Part shown: one piece after another, positions 38,294 to 48,874 of the stretch
Position numbering within the stretch: position 1 is the first letter of the stretch
How the letters are laid out: each line of letters opens with the position of its first letter
Source: an uncultured Chloroflexia bacterium
GTDB lineage: Bacteria; Chloroflexota; Dehalococcoidia; GIF9; UBA5629
Assembly (NCBI GenBank): GCA_963842805.1
Contig: CAWJIA010000016.1
Location: 83,075-147,074, forward strand
DNA length: 64,000 nt
Direction of reading: 5' to 3'
The notes under the pieces: model-generated
What the model saw: the letters and a program-made list of their open reading frames with translations, nothing else
What the model was told of the DNA's origin: nothing
Databases searched by the model: none
Translations under genes and position numbers: made by a program

Positions 38294-38896
38294 CTATATT
38301 AATCCATCAAGGTGGCATGTGTCATTAATGATGAGAGCCGATGGCATGCCCGACCTTATCTCGAAGAGATTGATTGCCCCGGGGTCCTGTGAAATCTGCC
38401 GGTAATGTTTTTTCTGCATATTCAAAAGGTGCAATATCATGATCACCGATAGTGCCCTGTGTGATATAACGGCTACGGTCTCCTTTTTATGGCTTGCGGC
38501 CAGGTTATCCAGGGCCGCTGCCACCTTCTGCTCCAGCTTGTCCATGCCTTCGAAAGGCAATTTAAAAGCGGCATGGGCCGCCGCACCGGAACAGTCGTCC
38601 ATGTCTGCAGCTTCTTCAGGCCTCAGTCCTTTCCAGTGATCCAGGCCGGCTCCCTCCAGTTCGGACATCCTCATGGTTTTAAGCCCCAGGCTGCCGGCTA
38701 TAATGTCGCCCGTCTCCACGGCGCCGGGCACGGGGCAGGCATAAACGGCAATCACCCGGTAATCAGCCAGCCTTTTAGCCGCAGCCTGCGCCCACTCGCT
38801 TAGGGGGGCCTCCAGGTCCTTGCTTCCCGCCGAGGGGTATAACCCGTGTCTTTCGAATTCGGTGGGGCCCGTATTGACTATAAATATCTTGCTCAA
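38294..38896 (-). CDS. histidine phosphatase (phosphoglycerate-mutase-like) family protein
   Basis: An RHG motif near the N-terminus (EFERHGLY) and the fold pattern. Weak call. Confidence 0.45.
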   Translation of the reverse strand: MSKIFIVNTGPTEFERHGLYPSAGSKDLEAPLSEWAQAAAKRLADYRVIAVYACPVPGAVETGDIIAGSLGLKTMRMSELEGAGLDHWKGLRPEEAADMDDCSGAAAHAAFKLPFEGMDKLEQKVAAALDNLAASHKKETVAVISHRALSVIMILHLLNMQKKHYRQISQDPGAINLFEIRSGMPSALIINDTCHLDGLI

Positions 38897-38920
38897 CTTT
38901 GCAGCTACCGTCCGCCGATT

Positions 38921-40210
38921 CTACCGTTCCACTACCATGGCGATGCCCATGCCGCCGCCGATGCACATGGTAGCCAGGCCGCGTTTAAAGTTACGGCGCT
39001 CCATCTCATGCACCAGCGTTACCAGAACGCGTGCACCGGTAGCGCCAATCGGGTGCCCCAGTGAAATGCCGCTACCGTGTACATTGGTTTTATCCATGTC
39101 AAAACCCAGCTCTTTTATGCATCCCAGGGCCTGCGATGCAAAAGCTTCGTTCAGCTCGATCAGGTCGATATCTTTTACCGAGAGATTGGCTTTATCCAGA
39201 GCCTTTTTCACAGCCGGGACAACTCCAAGTCCCATATAGGCGGGGTCCACACCACCCGAGGCATAGGACTTGATCTTTACCATGGGCTTCAACCCCATTT
39301 CGGCGGCTTTTTTGGCCGACATCATCAATACCGCGCCTGCGCCATCATTGATGCCGGAGGCGTTGCCGGCAGTTACCGTCCCGTCCTTCTTGAAGGCTGG
39401 CGAAAGTTTGGCCATTTTTTCCAGGGTTGTCTCCATCGGCCTTTCATCCGTATCAAAAACAAGCGGGTCACCCTTCTTTTGAGGCGAGACGACGGGGACG
39501 ATCTCCTGCTTGAAGGTGCCGTCCTTAATGGCCGCCATAGCCCTCTGGTGGCTCATTAACCCCAGCTTGTCCTGCTCTTCCCGCGTGATGCCGTATTTGA
39601 TGGCGATGTTTTCCGCTGTGACGCCCATGTGATACCCGTAATACAGTTCCCATAGCCCATCATAGACCATCAGGTCGAGCACCTCTCCCCTGCCCGTCAG
39701 GTCCATGCGGTAGCCCCACCTGGCACGCGTCATGGCATAGGGAGCATTGCTCATGCTCTCCATGCCGCCTGCGATCACTACGTCGGCATCGCCCAGCAGG
39801 ATGCTCTGAACGCCGGAAATCACAGCCTTCAGGCCGGAGCCGCAAATCTTGTTGACGGTGAAACCGGGCGTTTCCTTGGGCAGCCCGGCGTAGATCATAG
39901 CCTGCCTGCCGGGGTTCTGACCCTGTGCAGCCTGCAACACATTGCCCATTATAACCTCGTCCACCTGGACCTCTTTAAGGTTATCCGGCCAATCGTAGTA
40001 CTTCTGCTCGAGTTCGCAGAGCCCACCACCGGCCAGGGCCTTCGGGCCGTATTCAGCCAGCCTGGCCCCCGTTTTCGGCTTTAAACCTGCCCTTTTGAGC
40101 ACATCTTTGATAACGATTGAACCCAGTTTAGCGGCTGTAACGTCTTTTAGCCCGCCGCCGAAAGTACCTATTGCGGTCCTGACACCGCCTACTATGACAA
40201 CTTGGGACAT
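38921..40210 (-). CDS. acetyl-CoA C-acetyltransferase (thiolase II)
   Basis: [24 protein letters not shown], the active-site Cys region [10 protein letters not shown], and the C-terminal [18 protein letters not shown]. Confidence 0.85.
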   Translation of the reverse strand: MSQVVIVGGVRTAIGTFGGGLKDVTAAKLGSIVIKDVLKRAGLKPKTGARLAEYGPKALAGGGLCELEQKYYDWPDNLKEVQVDEVIMGNVLQAAQGQNPGRQAMIYAGLPKETPGFTVNKICGSGLKAVISGVQSILLGDADVVIAGGMESMSNAPYAMTRARWGYRMDLTGRGEVLDLMVYDGLWELYYGYHMGVTAENIAIKYGITREEQDKLGLMSHQRAMAAIKDGTFKQEIVPVVSPQKKGDPLVFDTDERPMETTLEKMAKLSPAFKKDGTVTAGNASGINDGAGAVLMMSAKKAAEMGLKPMVKIKSYASGGVDPAYMGLGVVPAVKKALDKANLSVKDIDLIELNEAFASQALGCIKELGFDMDKTNVHGSGISLGHPIGATGARVLVTLVHEMERRNFKRGLATMCIGGGMGIAMVVER

Positions 40211-40240
40211 TTAACCCTCCTTAGTGGAATAAATATTTCA

Positions 40241-41011
40241 TTAATTAAGCAGCCGCCCGGCAATTTCGGACGCCATCTCATGCACAAATTCAGTATTGTA
40301 CTCACTGCGAACGAAGCGGAGCGGTGTAATCGATACACGTTTATGCTCCAGCGCCCATAAATCCGTCCCGGCGGCCGCCGTATCCGTGCTACGGTGCAAT
40401 ATCCAGTAGTAAGTATGCCTGCCGTCATAGCCCTTTTCCACGCCTGCGGAATATTTTTTCTCGCCCAGCCGCGTCACGTCTATGCCGCGTATCTGCTTTA
40501 ATGGCAGGCTGGGCACATTCACATTCAAGAGCATCTTGCCCTTCATTTTCTTTCGTTTGACATACTGAGCAAGCTCCCTTGCAATCAGAGCCCCCGCCTC
40601 GAACCTGGGGTCCTCGAAGGAATCCATGGAAACTGCAATGGACGGTATATCATAAAAGAAGCCTTGCAATGCGGCGCCTACAGTGCCGGATAGAAATACG
40701 TCGTAGCTGCAATTGGGCCCCTGATTTATGCCCGAGGCCACCAGGTCGATGCCGCCGGGCATAATGACCTTCATGGCCAGCAGGACGCAATCGGCGGGAG
40801 TGCCTTCAACCGAATATGTGTCGATACCGGCTATTTTTTCGTGGATCTTGGCCAGGCGCACCGGGTGGTGCAGGCTCATGGAGGTGCCTACCCCGCTCTG
40901 TTCACGGTCTGGGGCGACAACGGTAACCTGGCCCACTTCTTTCAGCGCTGAGACCAGCGACCACAGGCCATCGGCATTGATGCCGTCGTCATTGGTGACT
41001 AATATCTTCAA
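40241..41011 (-). CDS. surE: 5'/3'-nucleotidase SurE
   Basis: MKILVTNDDGINADGLWSLV is the SurE N-terminal signature. Confidence 0.85.
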   Translation of the reverse strand: MKILVTNDDGINADGLWSLVSALKEVGQVTVVAPDREQSGVGTSMSLHHPVRLAKIHEKIAGIDTYSVEGTPADCVLLAMKVIMPGGIDLVASGINQGPNCSYDVFLSGTVGAALQGFFYDIPSIAVSMDSFEDPRFEAGALIARELAQYVKRKKMKGKMLLNVNVPSLPLKQIRGIDVTRLGEKKYSAGVEKGYDGRHTYYWILHRSTDTAAAGTDLWALEHKRVSITPLRFVRSEYNTEFVHEMASEIAGRLLN

Positions 41012-41199
41012 GTAAAAACTCCCTTGGGAAACCGCATAATTTTAGCATACAGGGGCATACGTTATAAATTGGCCGGCGCAAATGCTTGTCGCCTTCAATG
41101 CATGGTGATATAATCATGCGGAAGTCTAAATACCCGAATTTGTTCTATCTGCCGGCTTCGGCTGTAGCCAGTAATTAAATCGGTCCTTCCAAGGAGGTC

Positions 41200-43164
41200 A
41201 TGATGGAACCCAAGATCGGTGTTTATATCTGTCATTGCGGCAGCAACATTGCGGGTACCGTTGATGTTGAGAAGGTCGCAGAATACGCCAAAGGCCTGCC
41301 TGCAGTCGTAGTTTCACGTGACTATAAGTTTATGTGCTCCGACCCCGGGCAGGACCTGATTAAAAAAGATATCAAAGAGCTGGGCGTCAACCGTGTCGTA
41401 GTCGCCTCCTGTTCCCCGCAAATGCACGAGCCCACTTTCCGCAGGGCGGTACAGGACGGCGGCTTAAATCCATACTATTTCGAGATGGCCAATATCCGCG
41501 AGCACTGCTCCTGGGTCACCGAGTCTCGCAAAGAGGCTACCGATAAAGCCAAGGCGCTTGTAAGCGCCGCGGTCAGAAGGGTCTTTTATCACCAGCCGCT
41601 GGAAAACAAGGAGGTGCCGGTTCATCCCGACACCCTTATCGTCGGCGGCGGCATCGCAGGCATCCAGGCCGCCCTGGAGATCGCCAATTCGGGTCATAAA
41701 GTCTACCTGGTGGAGAGGGAGCCCAGTATCGGCGGTCACATGATGCAGCTCGATAAGACCTTCCCCACCCTGGACTGCTCGGCCTGCATACTTACGCCCA
41801 AAATGAGCATGGTAGGCGCACACCCACAGATCGAACTGCTGGCCTATTGCGAAGTTGACAATGTATCTGGCTATGTGGGCAACTTCAGGGTCAAGATCAG
41901 GAAAAAGGCCCGGTACGTTGACACCACCAAGTGCAACGGCTGCGGCACCTGCATGACCAAGTGCCCGGTCAAGGTCGACAGCGAATTCGACGAGAAGCTT
42001 GCCAAACGCAAGGCCATTTATACCCCCTTTGCGCAGGCGGTACCCAACGTAACCACTATCGACAGGGAGCACTGCACTTATTTCCTCAAGGGCAAGTGCC
42101 GCGCCTGCGAGAAATTCTGCGAAAGGAATGCCGTTAATTTCGAGCAGGAAGACGAAGTCATGGATATCGAGGTCGGCAACATCATCCTCACGACCGGATT
42201 CAAGATATTCGATCCCTCGGCCATTAAGGAATACGGTTACGGGCGCTTCGATAACGTCCTCACCAGCCTTGAGTTCGAGCGCATGGTCAACTCGGCGGGC
42301 CCCACCACCGGCCACATTCAATTGAAGAACGGACAGGAGCCCCAGAGCGTCGCCATTATCCATTGCGTCGGCAGCCGCGATGAAAAGTACCACGAGTACT
42401 GCTCTCGGGTATGCTGCATGTACGCCATGAAATTCTCACACCTGCTCCTCGAGCACGTGCACGGCTGTGCTGTTTACGAGTTCTATATCGATGTCCGCAG
42501 CTTCGGCAAAGGCTACGAGGAGTTCTATAACCGGGTGCAGAAAGAGGGCACCATCTTCTTCAGGGGCCGGCCCGGCGAGGTGACGGATGTGGCCCAGACG
42601 CCTGAGGAGAAAGGCAAATTAATAGTACAGTTCGAAGATACGCTGGTCGGCAAACAGCGCAGGCAGCCCGTCGATATGGTCATCCTGTGCAGCGGCATAG
42701 AACCCCAGGCCGATGCAGCCGATGTTGCACATAAATTCAACATTTCCTGCGGCAAGGAGAATTTCTTCACTGAGAAGCATCCCAAACTCGATCCGGTTGC
42801 GACTATGACCGACGGCATATTCATAGCCGGGTGCTGTCAGGGGCCTAAGGACATACCCGATACCGTGGCGCAGGCGTCAGCAGCCGCCGCCAGGGTGCTG
42901 GCGCTGATCAATAAGGGCAAGGTGGAAATAGAGGCCGACACGGCTTTCATCGACGAAGCCAAGTGCTCCGGCTGCAGGATCTGCAACCTGATGTGCCCCT
43001 ATAACGCTATCTCGTATATAGAGAAAGACAAGGTTTCACGCATAAACGAAGCCCTGTGCAAAGGATGCGGCACCTGTGTGGCAGCCTGCCCCAGCAACGC
43101 CATAACCCACAAGCATTTTACCAACGATCAGATAAATGCGGAGCTCGAAGGCATACTGGTCTAG
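41200..43164 (+). CDS. hdrA: heterodisulfide reductase subunit A (FAD, multiple Fe-S)
   Basis: KIGVYICHCGSNIAG is the HdrA N-terminal Cys cluster. GGGIAGIQAAL is the FAD-binding motif. Ferredoxin motifs are CNGCGTCMTKCP and CSGCRICNLMCP. Confidence 0.85.
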   Translation: MMEPKIGVYICHCGSNIAGTVDVEKVAEYAKGLPAVVVSRDYKFMCSDPGQDLIKKDIKELGVNRVVVASCSPQMHEPTFRRAVQDGGLNPYYFEMANIREHCSWVTESRKEATDKAKALVSAAVRRVFYHQPLENKEVPVHPDTLIVGGGIAGIQAALEIANSGHKVYLVEREPSIGGHMMQLDKTFPTLDCSACILTPKMSMVGAHPQIELLAYCEVDNVSGYVGNFRVKIRKKARYVDTTKCNGCGTCMTKCPVKVDSEFDEKLAKRKAIYTPFAQAVPNVTTIDREHCTYFLKGKCRACEKFCERNAVNFEQEDEVMDIEVGNIILTTGFKIFDPSAIKEYGYGRFDNVLTSLEFERMVNSAGPTTGHIQLKNGQEPQSVAIIHCVGSRDEKYHEYCSRVCCMYAMKFSHLLLEHVHGCAVYEFYIDVRSFGKGYEEFYNRVQKEGTIFFRGRPGEVTDVAQTPEEKGKLIVQFEDTLVGKQRRQPVDMVILCSGIEPQADAADVAHKFNISCGKENFFTEKHPKLDPVATMTDGIFIAGCCQGPKDIPDTVAQASAAAARVLALINKGKVEIEADTAFIDEAKCSGCRICNLMCPYNAISYIEKDKVSRINEALCKGCGTCVAACPSNAITHKHFTNDQINAELEGILV

Positions 43165-43210
43165 CCACGGGTCTGCGAACTCTAAAATTATAGAAGGAGA
43201 TTTGTCAAAA

Positions 43211-43765
43211 ATGGGCGATAACGCACACACAACTTTCCTCGATGAAGTTGCCGCCTTACCGGCATGCGACAAGATCAACCAGTGCATTCAATGCGGAGTC
43301 TGCAGCGGCTCCTGCACTACGGCCATGCACTGGGAATACCCTCCCCGTAAAGTAATCGCCATGGTCAGGTCAGGGCTCAAGGATGAGTTGCTGAAAAGCA
43401 ACTCCATATGGTTCTGCGTTTCATGCTATCTGTGCACCGCCCGCTGCCCGCTGGATATCAAGCCGGCCAGCATTGTACACGGGCTGGAGTCGATAGCGCT
43501 CAAGGAGGGATACAAACCACCAACCAAAACCACGATCATGTACCAGACGTTCGCGGAATCAATTGTAAACAACGGACGCATCTATGAATTCGGCTTTATG
43601 TTTAAGTATTACTTGCAGACCAACCCGCTGGCCGCATTAAAAATGCTGCCTACAGCTTTGAAATTGTTGGCTCACAGGCGCCTGCCGCTAACCCCCAAGA
43701 GGGTCAAGGGCAAGGCTGATTTGCGCATCATAATCAACAAATTGTCGGCAGGAGTTGGCAAATGA
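43211..43765 (+). CDS. hdrC: heterodisulfide reductase subunit C
   Basis: CIQCGVCSGSC and CVSCYLCTARCP. The start is taken at ATG 43211, which has an AAGGAGA SD upstream. Confidence 0.7.
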   Translation: MGDNAHTTFLDEVAALPACDKINQCIQCGVCSGSCTTAMHWEYPPRKVIAMVRSGLKDELLKSNSIWFCVSCYLCTARCPLDIKPASIVHGLESIALKEGYKPPTKTTIMYQTFAESIVNNGRIYEFGFMFKYYLQTNPLAALKMLPTALKLLAHRRLPLTPKRVKGKADLRIIINKLSAGVGK

Positions 43766-44673
43766 GATATTACGCTTATTATCCAGGCTGCTCCATGGAA
43801 GCCACCGGCGCCCCGGTTGAAAAATCCGTGCACGCTATAGCCAAACCCCTGGACCTAGAATTCATCGAGCTGGAAGACTGGACCTGCTGCGGATCATCGC
43901 CCTTTGCCGGCGTCGACAAGACCAAGGCCATCGGCATCACTGCCCGTACCCTGGCCCAGGCGGAGAAAACCGGGCTGGACCTGGTTACGCCATGCAGCTC
44001 CTGTTATACCATTCTACAGGAAGCCAACGATCTCTTGAAAGAAGACCACAAGCTGGCCTGGAACGTTCATGAGGCGCTGGCCGCCGTCGGCCTTTCCTAC
44101 AACGGCACCGTAAAGATACGGCACATTGTAGAAGTGCTTTTTAACGACGTTGGGCTCGCCGGCCTGGCCGCCAAGGTGGTCCGGCCCCTGACCGGCCTCA
44201 AGGTAGCCTGCTACCACGGTTGCCAGCAGGTGCGCCCCACCTATGGATATGATGACTCCGAGTACCCGGATTGGCTGGACCAGATGGCCCAAAGCCTGGG
44301 CGCCGAACCGGTCAATTTTCCCTTGAAAGCCCGATGCTGCGGAAGCTCGCTGGTTATATCCGAATCGGATGTGGCGCTGGACTTAATTCACCGGCTATTG
44401 GAGAATGCGCAGGAAAACGGTGCACAGTGCATAGTATCCACGACCTGCCCCCTGTGTTTCACAGCTCTCGACGTCTACCAGGCCGTGGTGAACAGTACAT
44501 TCAAAAAGAAGTTCGATTTGCCTGTGCTGGCCATAACGCAGATGATAGCCATCGCCCTTGGACTGGATATTAAGGCGTCGGCCCTGGATGGCAATGTAGT
44601 TTCGGCTGACAAGCTGCTTAAACCCTTCTTCTCTGCCAAACCTCAGGCTGCCACGGCAGAAAAGTCCGCCTGA
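43762..44673 (+). CDS. hdrB: heterodisulfide reductase subunit B (two CCG domains)
   Basis: CCGSSPF and CCGSSLV CCG motifs. It overlaps hdrC by 4 nt. Confidence 0.8.
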   Translation: MRYYAYYPGCSMEATGAPVEKSVHAIAKPLDLEFIELEDWTCCGSSPFAGVDKTKAIGITARTLAQAEKTGLDLVTPCSSCYTILQEANDLLKEDHKLAWNVHEALAAVGLSYNGTVKIRHIVEVLFNDVGLAGLAAKVVRPLTGLKVACYHGCQQVRPTYGYDDSEYPDWLDQMAQSLGAEPVNFPLKARCCGSSLVISESDVALDLIHRLLENAQENGAQCIVSTTCPLCFTALDVYQAVVNSTFKKKFDLPVLAITQMIAIALGLDIKASALDGNVVSADKLLKPFFSAKPQAATAEKSA

Positions 44674-45137
44674 TGAAAAGGCTTATCCTGGGCATAGGCA
44701 ATCCCATCATCGGCGATGACGGTGTGGGCTTTAAAGTTATCGAGGCTTTACAGGCATCACCCCCTCCCGGCGACATCAGCCTCTTAGCATGCGACGTTTC
44801 AGGCCTGGCAATTATGGACCTGGTCACAGATTTCGATGAGGTGGTGATCGTCGACGCCATCCAGACCGTCAACGGCAAACCCGGTGACATTTACCGCCTG
44901 AAAGTCGATGATTTCCGCGTAAGCAAGCATACGATCTCGCCCCACGATACCGACCTGCCCACCGCGCTGGAGATAGGCAGGCTGCTTAACGTCAAACTCC
45001 CCGACAAAATAAGCATCGTTGCCATCGAAATACCCGACGCTTTTGAGTTCAGCACCGAGCTTACGCCGCCGGTGGCAACCGCCGTCCCCGAAGCGGTCCG
45101 GATGATAAAAGATATCCTCAAAGAACGGCCTGCTTAG
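44673..45137 (+). CDS. hydrogenase maturation protease family (HyaD/HycI/FrhD-like)
   Basis: LILGIGNPIIGDDGVGFKVIEAL, and VVIVDAI is the conserved Asp region. Confidence 0.7.
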   Translation: MKRLILGIGNPIIGDDGVGFKVIEALQASPPPGDISLLACDVSGLAIMDLVTDFDEVVIVDAIQTVNGKPGDIYRLKVDDFRVSKHTISPHDTDLPTALEIGRLLNVKLPDKISIVAIEIPDAFEFSTELTPPVATAVPEAVRMIKDILKERPA

Positions 45138-45217
45138 CCATTACGACCCTTCAAACATTGTTTGTACTCTACGCAATTTGTATAATATCCTACTAATTTC
45201 TTGTATTGTAAGATACG

Positions 45218-46105
45218 ATGACAGCCAGAATAATCAGCGGCGCCGAGATTGCAGTGGCCATACGCAGCGAGCTTAAGCTAAGGGTAGCCCGGCTTAAAGA
45301 GCACGGGAAGGTACCCTACCTGGGCGTAATCCTGGTAGGCGACGATCTCGCCTCCATATCTTATGTCAAATCCAAGGAGAAAGGGGCGCAAGAGATCGGT
45401 GTGCACGAGGTTACGATAAGGCTGCCGGCCGAAACCCCCGAGTCCAGGGCCATACAGTCCGTCGACGACCTCAACAACGACGCTGAGGTGGACGGCATCC
45501 TGGTTCAGACTCCCCTGCCCGGACATATCGACACGGAAAAAGTGCTCTATCATATCTCTCCCGAAAAGGATGTAGACGGTTTCCACCCGGTAAACCTGGG
45601 CAAACTCCTGCGCGGCCAGCCCTGTTTCCTGCCCTGCACCCCTCACGGCATACAGCAAATTCTGGTACGGAGCGGCTACGACCCGGCGGGCAAACATGTA
45701 GTGATATGCGGACGCAGCAACCTGGTGGGCAAGCCGCTGGCCGCCATATTGTTTCAGAAGAAGAAGGGGGCCAACGCCACGGTGACGGTGGTGCATACCG
45801 GCACCAGCCACATCCCCAATTTCACACGGCAGGCCGATATCCTGGTTGTCGCTATGGGTAGCCCTCTCTTCATTAAGGCCGACATGGTCAAGGAGGGCGC
45901 GGTGGTTATCGATGTCGGTGTAAACCGAGTCGAAGATAAGACCCGTGAAAGGGGCTACCGGCTGGTGGGCGACGTCGACTTCGAGGCAGTCAAGGAGAAG
46001 GCGGCTGCTATCACGCCTGTTCCCGGCGGAGTAGGCCCCATGACCGTTACCATGCTGCTGCAGAATACCATCGAGTCGGCCGAATTGAAAGCAGGTATCA
46101 AATAA
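45218..46105 (+). CDS. folD: bifunctional 5,10-methylene-THF dehydrogenase/cyclohydrolase
   Basis: [17 protein letters not shown]...[22 protein letters not shown], and the Rossmann motif [15 protein letters not shown]. Confidence 0.85.
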   Translation: MTARIISGAEIAVAIRSELKLRVARLKEHGKVPYLGVILVGDDLASISYVKSKEKGAQEIGVHEVTIRLPAETPESRAIQSVDDLNNDAEVDGILVQTPLPGHIDTEKVLYHISPEKDVDGFHPVNLGKLLRGQPCFLPCTPHGIQQILVRSGYDPAGKHVVICGRSNLVGKPLAAILFQKKKGANATVTVVHTGTSHIPNFTRQADILVVAMGSPLFIKADMVKEGAVVIDVGVNRVEDKTRERGYRLVGDVDFEAVKEKAAAITPVPGGVGPMTVTMLLQNTIESAELKAGIK

Positions 46106-46121
46106 TCCGGAGATATTAAGA

Positions 46122-47885
46122 ATGCCTTATAACCCGTTAGAAATGAGCGACTGGCAGATAGCCGAAGAGGCCGAAAAGAACATGCCTCAGCCGCTCGACT
46201 GGGTGGAAAAACTGAACCTCGAGAAAGGCGATATCATCCCCTTCGGGAAGGTGGCACGGCTCGACTACGCCCGGATTATGCGGCGGCTGGAAAATAAGCC
46301 CGACGGCAAATATATAACGGTCACAGGCATCACGCCTACACCTCTGGGAGAGGGCAAAAGCACCACCACCTGCGGCCTGCTGGAAGGCATGGGCAAGCGC
46401 GGCTTGAACGTCGGGGGCTGCATCAGGCAGCCTTCGGGCGGACCCACCATGAATATCAAGGGCACGGCCGCCGGCGGCGGCAATGCCCTGCTCATCCCCA
46501 TGACCGAGTTTTCCATGGGGCTGACCGGCGATATCAACGATATTACCAACGCCCACAACCTGGCCATGGTAGCAGTCACGGCACGTATGCAGCACGAGAG
46601 AAATTACGATGACCGCAAGCTAATGGCGCTATCCAATATGAAACGACTCGATATCGACCCCACCCGCATTGAGATGGGTTGGGTGATGGACTTCTGTGCG
46701 CAGAGCCTGCGCAACATCGTCATCGGCATCGGCGGCAAGATGGACGGCTACACCATGCAGTCCAAATTCCAGATCGCGGTCAGCTCCGAGCTGATGGCGC
46801 TGCTGGCCATCGTCAAGGACCTGGCCGACCTGCGCCACCGCATGGACCGTATCACGGTGGCCTACAGCAAACACGGCAACCCCATCACGACGGGAGACCT
46901 TCAGGTGGGCGGCGCCATGACGGCTTTGATGCGCAATACTATCAACCCCACGCTGTGCTGCACCGCAGAATACCAGCCGCTGATGGTACACACCGGCCCC
47001 TTCGCCAACATCGCCCTGGGACAGTCTTCCATCATCGCCGACAGGATCGGCTTAAAGATGTTCGATTATCACGTGACCGAGAGCGGCTTCGCCGCCGATA
47101 TCGGATTCGAGAAATTCTGCAATGTGAAATGCAGGCTGAGCGACCTCAGGCCCAATGCCTCGGTACTGGTAACAACTGTACGCGCCCTCAAGATGCACGG
47201 CGGAGGCCCGGCCATAGTGCCCGGACTGCCCATGCCCGAGGAATATATGCGGGAAGACCTGGGGCTGCTGGAGAAAGGCATCCCCAACATGCTCCATCAC
47301 ATAAAAATCATTAAAGAAGCCGGGGTCTGCCCGGTGGTCTGCATCAATGTTTTCCATTCCGATACCGAAGCCGAGATAGCTATGGTAAAGAGGGCTGCCG
47401 AGCTGGCGGGTGCACGTTGCGCCGTTTCGCGGCACTGGGAGTTCGGAGGGGAAGGCGCCCTGGAGCTGGCCGACGTGGTTAAAGAAGCCTGCAACGATGA
47501 TAATGAGTTCAAATTCCTGTACCCGCCCGAAATGAAGCTGCGCGACAGGGTGGATAAAATCGCCCGTGAGGTTTACGGCGCCGACGGGACATCCTGGTCG
47601 CTGGCTGCGGAAACCAGGGCCAAAGCCCTGGAAGCTGACCCTGAGTATGACGACTATGCCACTATCATGGTCAAGACGCCGCTCAGCCTGAGCCACGACC
47701 CGGCGCTCAAAGGCGTGCCCAGGGGCTGGATCCTGCCCATCAGGGATATTATGGTCTATTCAGGCGCCAGGTTCCTGTGCTTCTTCGCCGGCGAGGTCAA
47801 CCTCATGCCCGGCACGGGCTCCAACCCGGCTTTCCGCCGCATCGACATCGACCCGCATACCGGCAAAGTACACGGCATTTTCTAA
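46122..47885 (+). CDS. fhs: formate--tetrahydrofolate ligase
   Basis: The P-loop [13 protein letters not shown] and the overall FTHFS pattern. At 587 aa the length fits. Confidence 0.9.
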   Translation: MPYNPLEMSDWQIAEEAEKNMPQPLDWVEKLNLEKGDIIPFGKVARLDYARIMRRLENKPDGKYITVTGITPTPLGEGKSTTTCGLLEGMGKRGLNVGGCIRQPSGGPTMNIKGTAAGGGNALLIPMTEFSMGLTGDINDITNAHNLAMVAVTARMQHERNYDDRKLMALSNMKRLDIDPTRIEMGWVMDFCAQSLRNIVIGIGGKMDGYTMQSKFQIAVSSELMALLAIVKDLADLRHRMDRITVAYSKHGNPITTGDLQVGGAMTALMRNTINPTLCCTAEYQPLMVHTGPFANIALGQSSIIADRIGLKMFDYHVTESGFAADIGFEKFCNVKCRLSDLRPNASVLVTTVRALKMHGGGPAIVPGLPMPEEYMREDLGLLEKGIPNMLHHIKIIKEAGVCPVVCINVFHSDTEAEIAMVKRAAELAGARCAVSRHWEFGGEGALELADVVKEACNDDNEFKFLYPPEMKLRDRVDKIAREVYGADGTSWSLAAETRAKALEADPEYDDYATIMVKTPLSLSHDPALKGVPRGWILPIRDIMVYSGARFLCFFAGEVNLMPGTGSNPAFRRIDIDPHTGKVHGIF

Positions 47886-47920
47886 TCTTGATACTTGCAC
47901 CATGATCGGAGGATAGTAGT

Positions 47921-48709
47921 ATGCAGTTTAAAACTTTGCTCTTTGACATAGCCGACAATGTTGCCACGATCACCCTGAACCGGCCGGAGGCCAACCACGC
48001 CATCGACCTGCAAATGGCCAAAGACCTCTGCTATGCCGCCATGTACTGCAGCGAGAACTCTGCGGTCCGGGCAATTCTGATAACGGCAACCGGCCCCGTA
48101 TTTTGTGCAGGCGGCGATTTAAAGGCTATGGCCGGTGAAGTCGAAAAAACTCCCGATCTTCTCAAGGAAATGTCCAGCTACCTCCATCTTGCCATCTCGC
48201 GCCTGACACGCGGGGCGCCGCCTGTCGTTATTGCAATAAACGGTATTGCCATAGGCGCCGGTATGAGCCTTGCCTGTGTGGGCGACATAGCGCTGGCCGC
48301 TCAGTCCGCCACTTTTACGGTAGCCTATACGCAGGTAGGACTCACTCCGGATGGGGGCCTCACATATTTCCTGCCGCTCCTGGTCGGGCTTAGGCGGGCC
48401 TCCGAACTCGTGCTGACCAACCGGCGGTTGTCCGCCAAAGAGGCGCTTGATCTCGGTCTCGTTACCGAAGTGGTGCCGGATGCCGAGCTGATGACCCGTG
48501 CACGAGCGATCACCGGGCAACTTGCCTCAGGGGCAACACGGGCTTTCGGAGCGGCCCGCAAGCTCATACAGGGCGGCCTTTCCTCATCGCTTGAAACGCA
48601 GATGGAATTTGAAAGCCAGTCCATCGTGGATATGGCACGTACATCAGACGCTCAGGACGCATTCGCCGCTTTCGCCGAGAAGCGCAAACCGAGATTCCAG
48701 GGTAAGTGA
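47921..48709 (+). CDS. enoyl-CoA hydratase/isomerase family
   Basis: ITLNRPEANHAID...ILITATGPVFCAGGDL. Confidence 0.8.
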   Translation: MQFKTLLFDIADNVATITLNRPEANHAIDLQMAKDLCYAAMYCSENSAVRAILITATGPVFCAGGDLKAMAGEVEKTPDLLKEMSSYLHLAISRLTRGAPPVVIAINGIAIGAGMSLACVGDIALAAQSATFTVAYTQVGLTPDGGLTYFLPLLVGLRRASELVLTNRRLSAKEALDLGLVTEVVPDAELMTRARAITGQLASGATRAFGAARKLIQGGLSSSLETQMEFESQSIVDMARTSDAQDAFAAFAEKRKPRFQGK

Positions 48710-48715
48710 TAAAAT

Positions 48716-48812
48716 CGCCCGCGACGTCAACCTCATGCCCGGTATGGCTCCAACCCGACCTTCCGCCACATCGATATCGATCAGCATCCCCTGATGGTAC
48801 GTGGGATATCGT
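48716..48812 (+). pseudogene. degenerate duplicate of the fhs 3' end
   Basis: About 85% identity over ~65 nt to 47800-47870 (gtcaacctcatgcccgg...ctccaacccg..cttccgcc.catcga.atcga). It carries a frameshift relative to the Fhs C-terminus. Confidence 0.6.
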
Positions 48813-48874
48813 GGGGCTTTTACTTTATTAACTATCGATTATCTAGCGCTAGACTACTATTTGTTGTAAAGCGC

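Noticed and set aside
41464-42393. 309-aa ORF antisense to hdrA
   Set aside because: High-GC shadow ORF. hdrA on the plus strand is unambiguous.
45278-45811. 177-aa ORF antisense to folD
   Set aside because: Shadow ORF. folD is clear.
46137-47696. Several 100-215-aa ORFs (46137-46595 -, 46629-46991 -, 46679-47314 +, 47052-47696 -) inside fhs
   Set aside because: All overlap the well-supported fhs frame and have Arg/Gly/His-rich, low-complexity translations.
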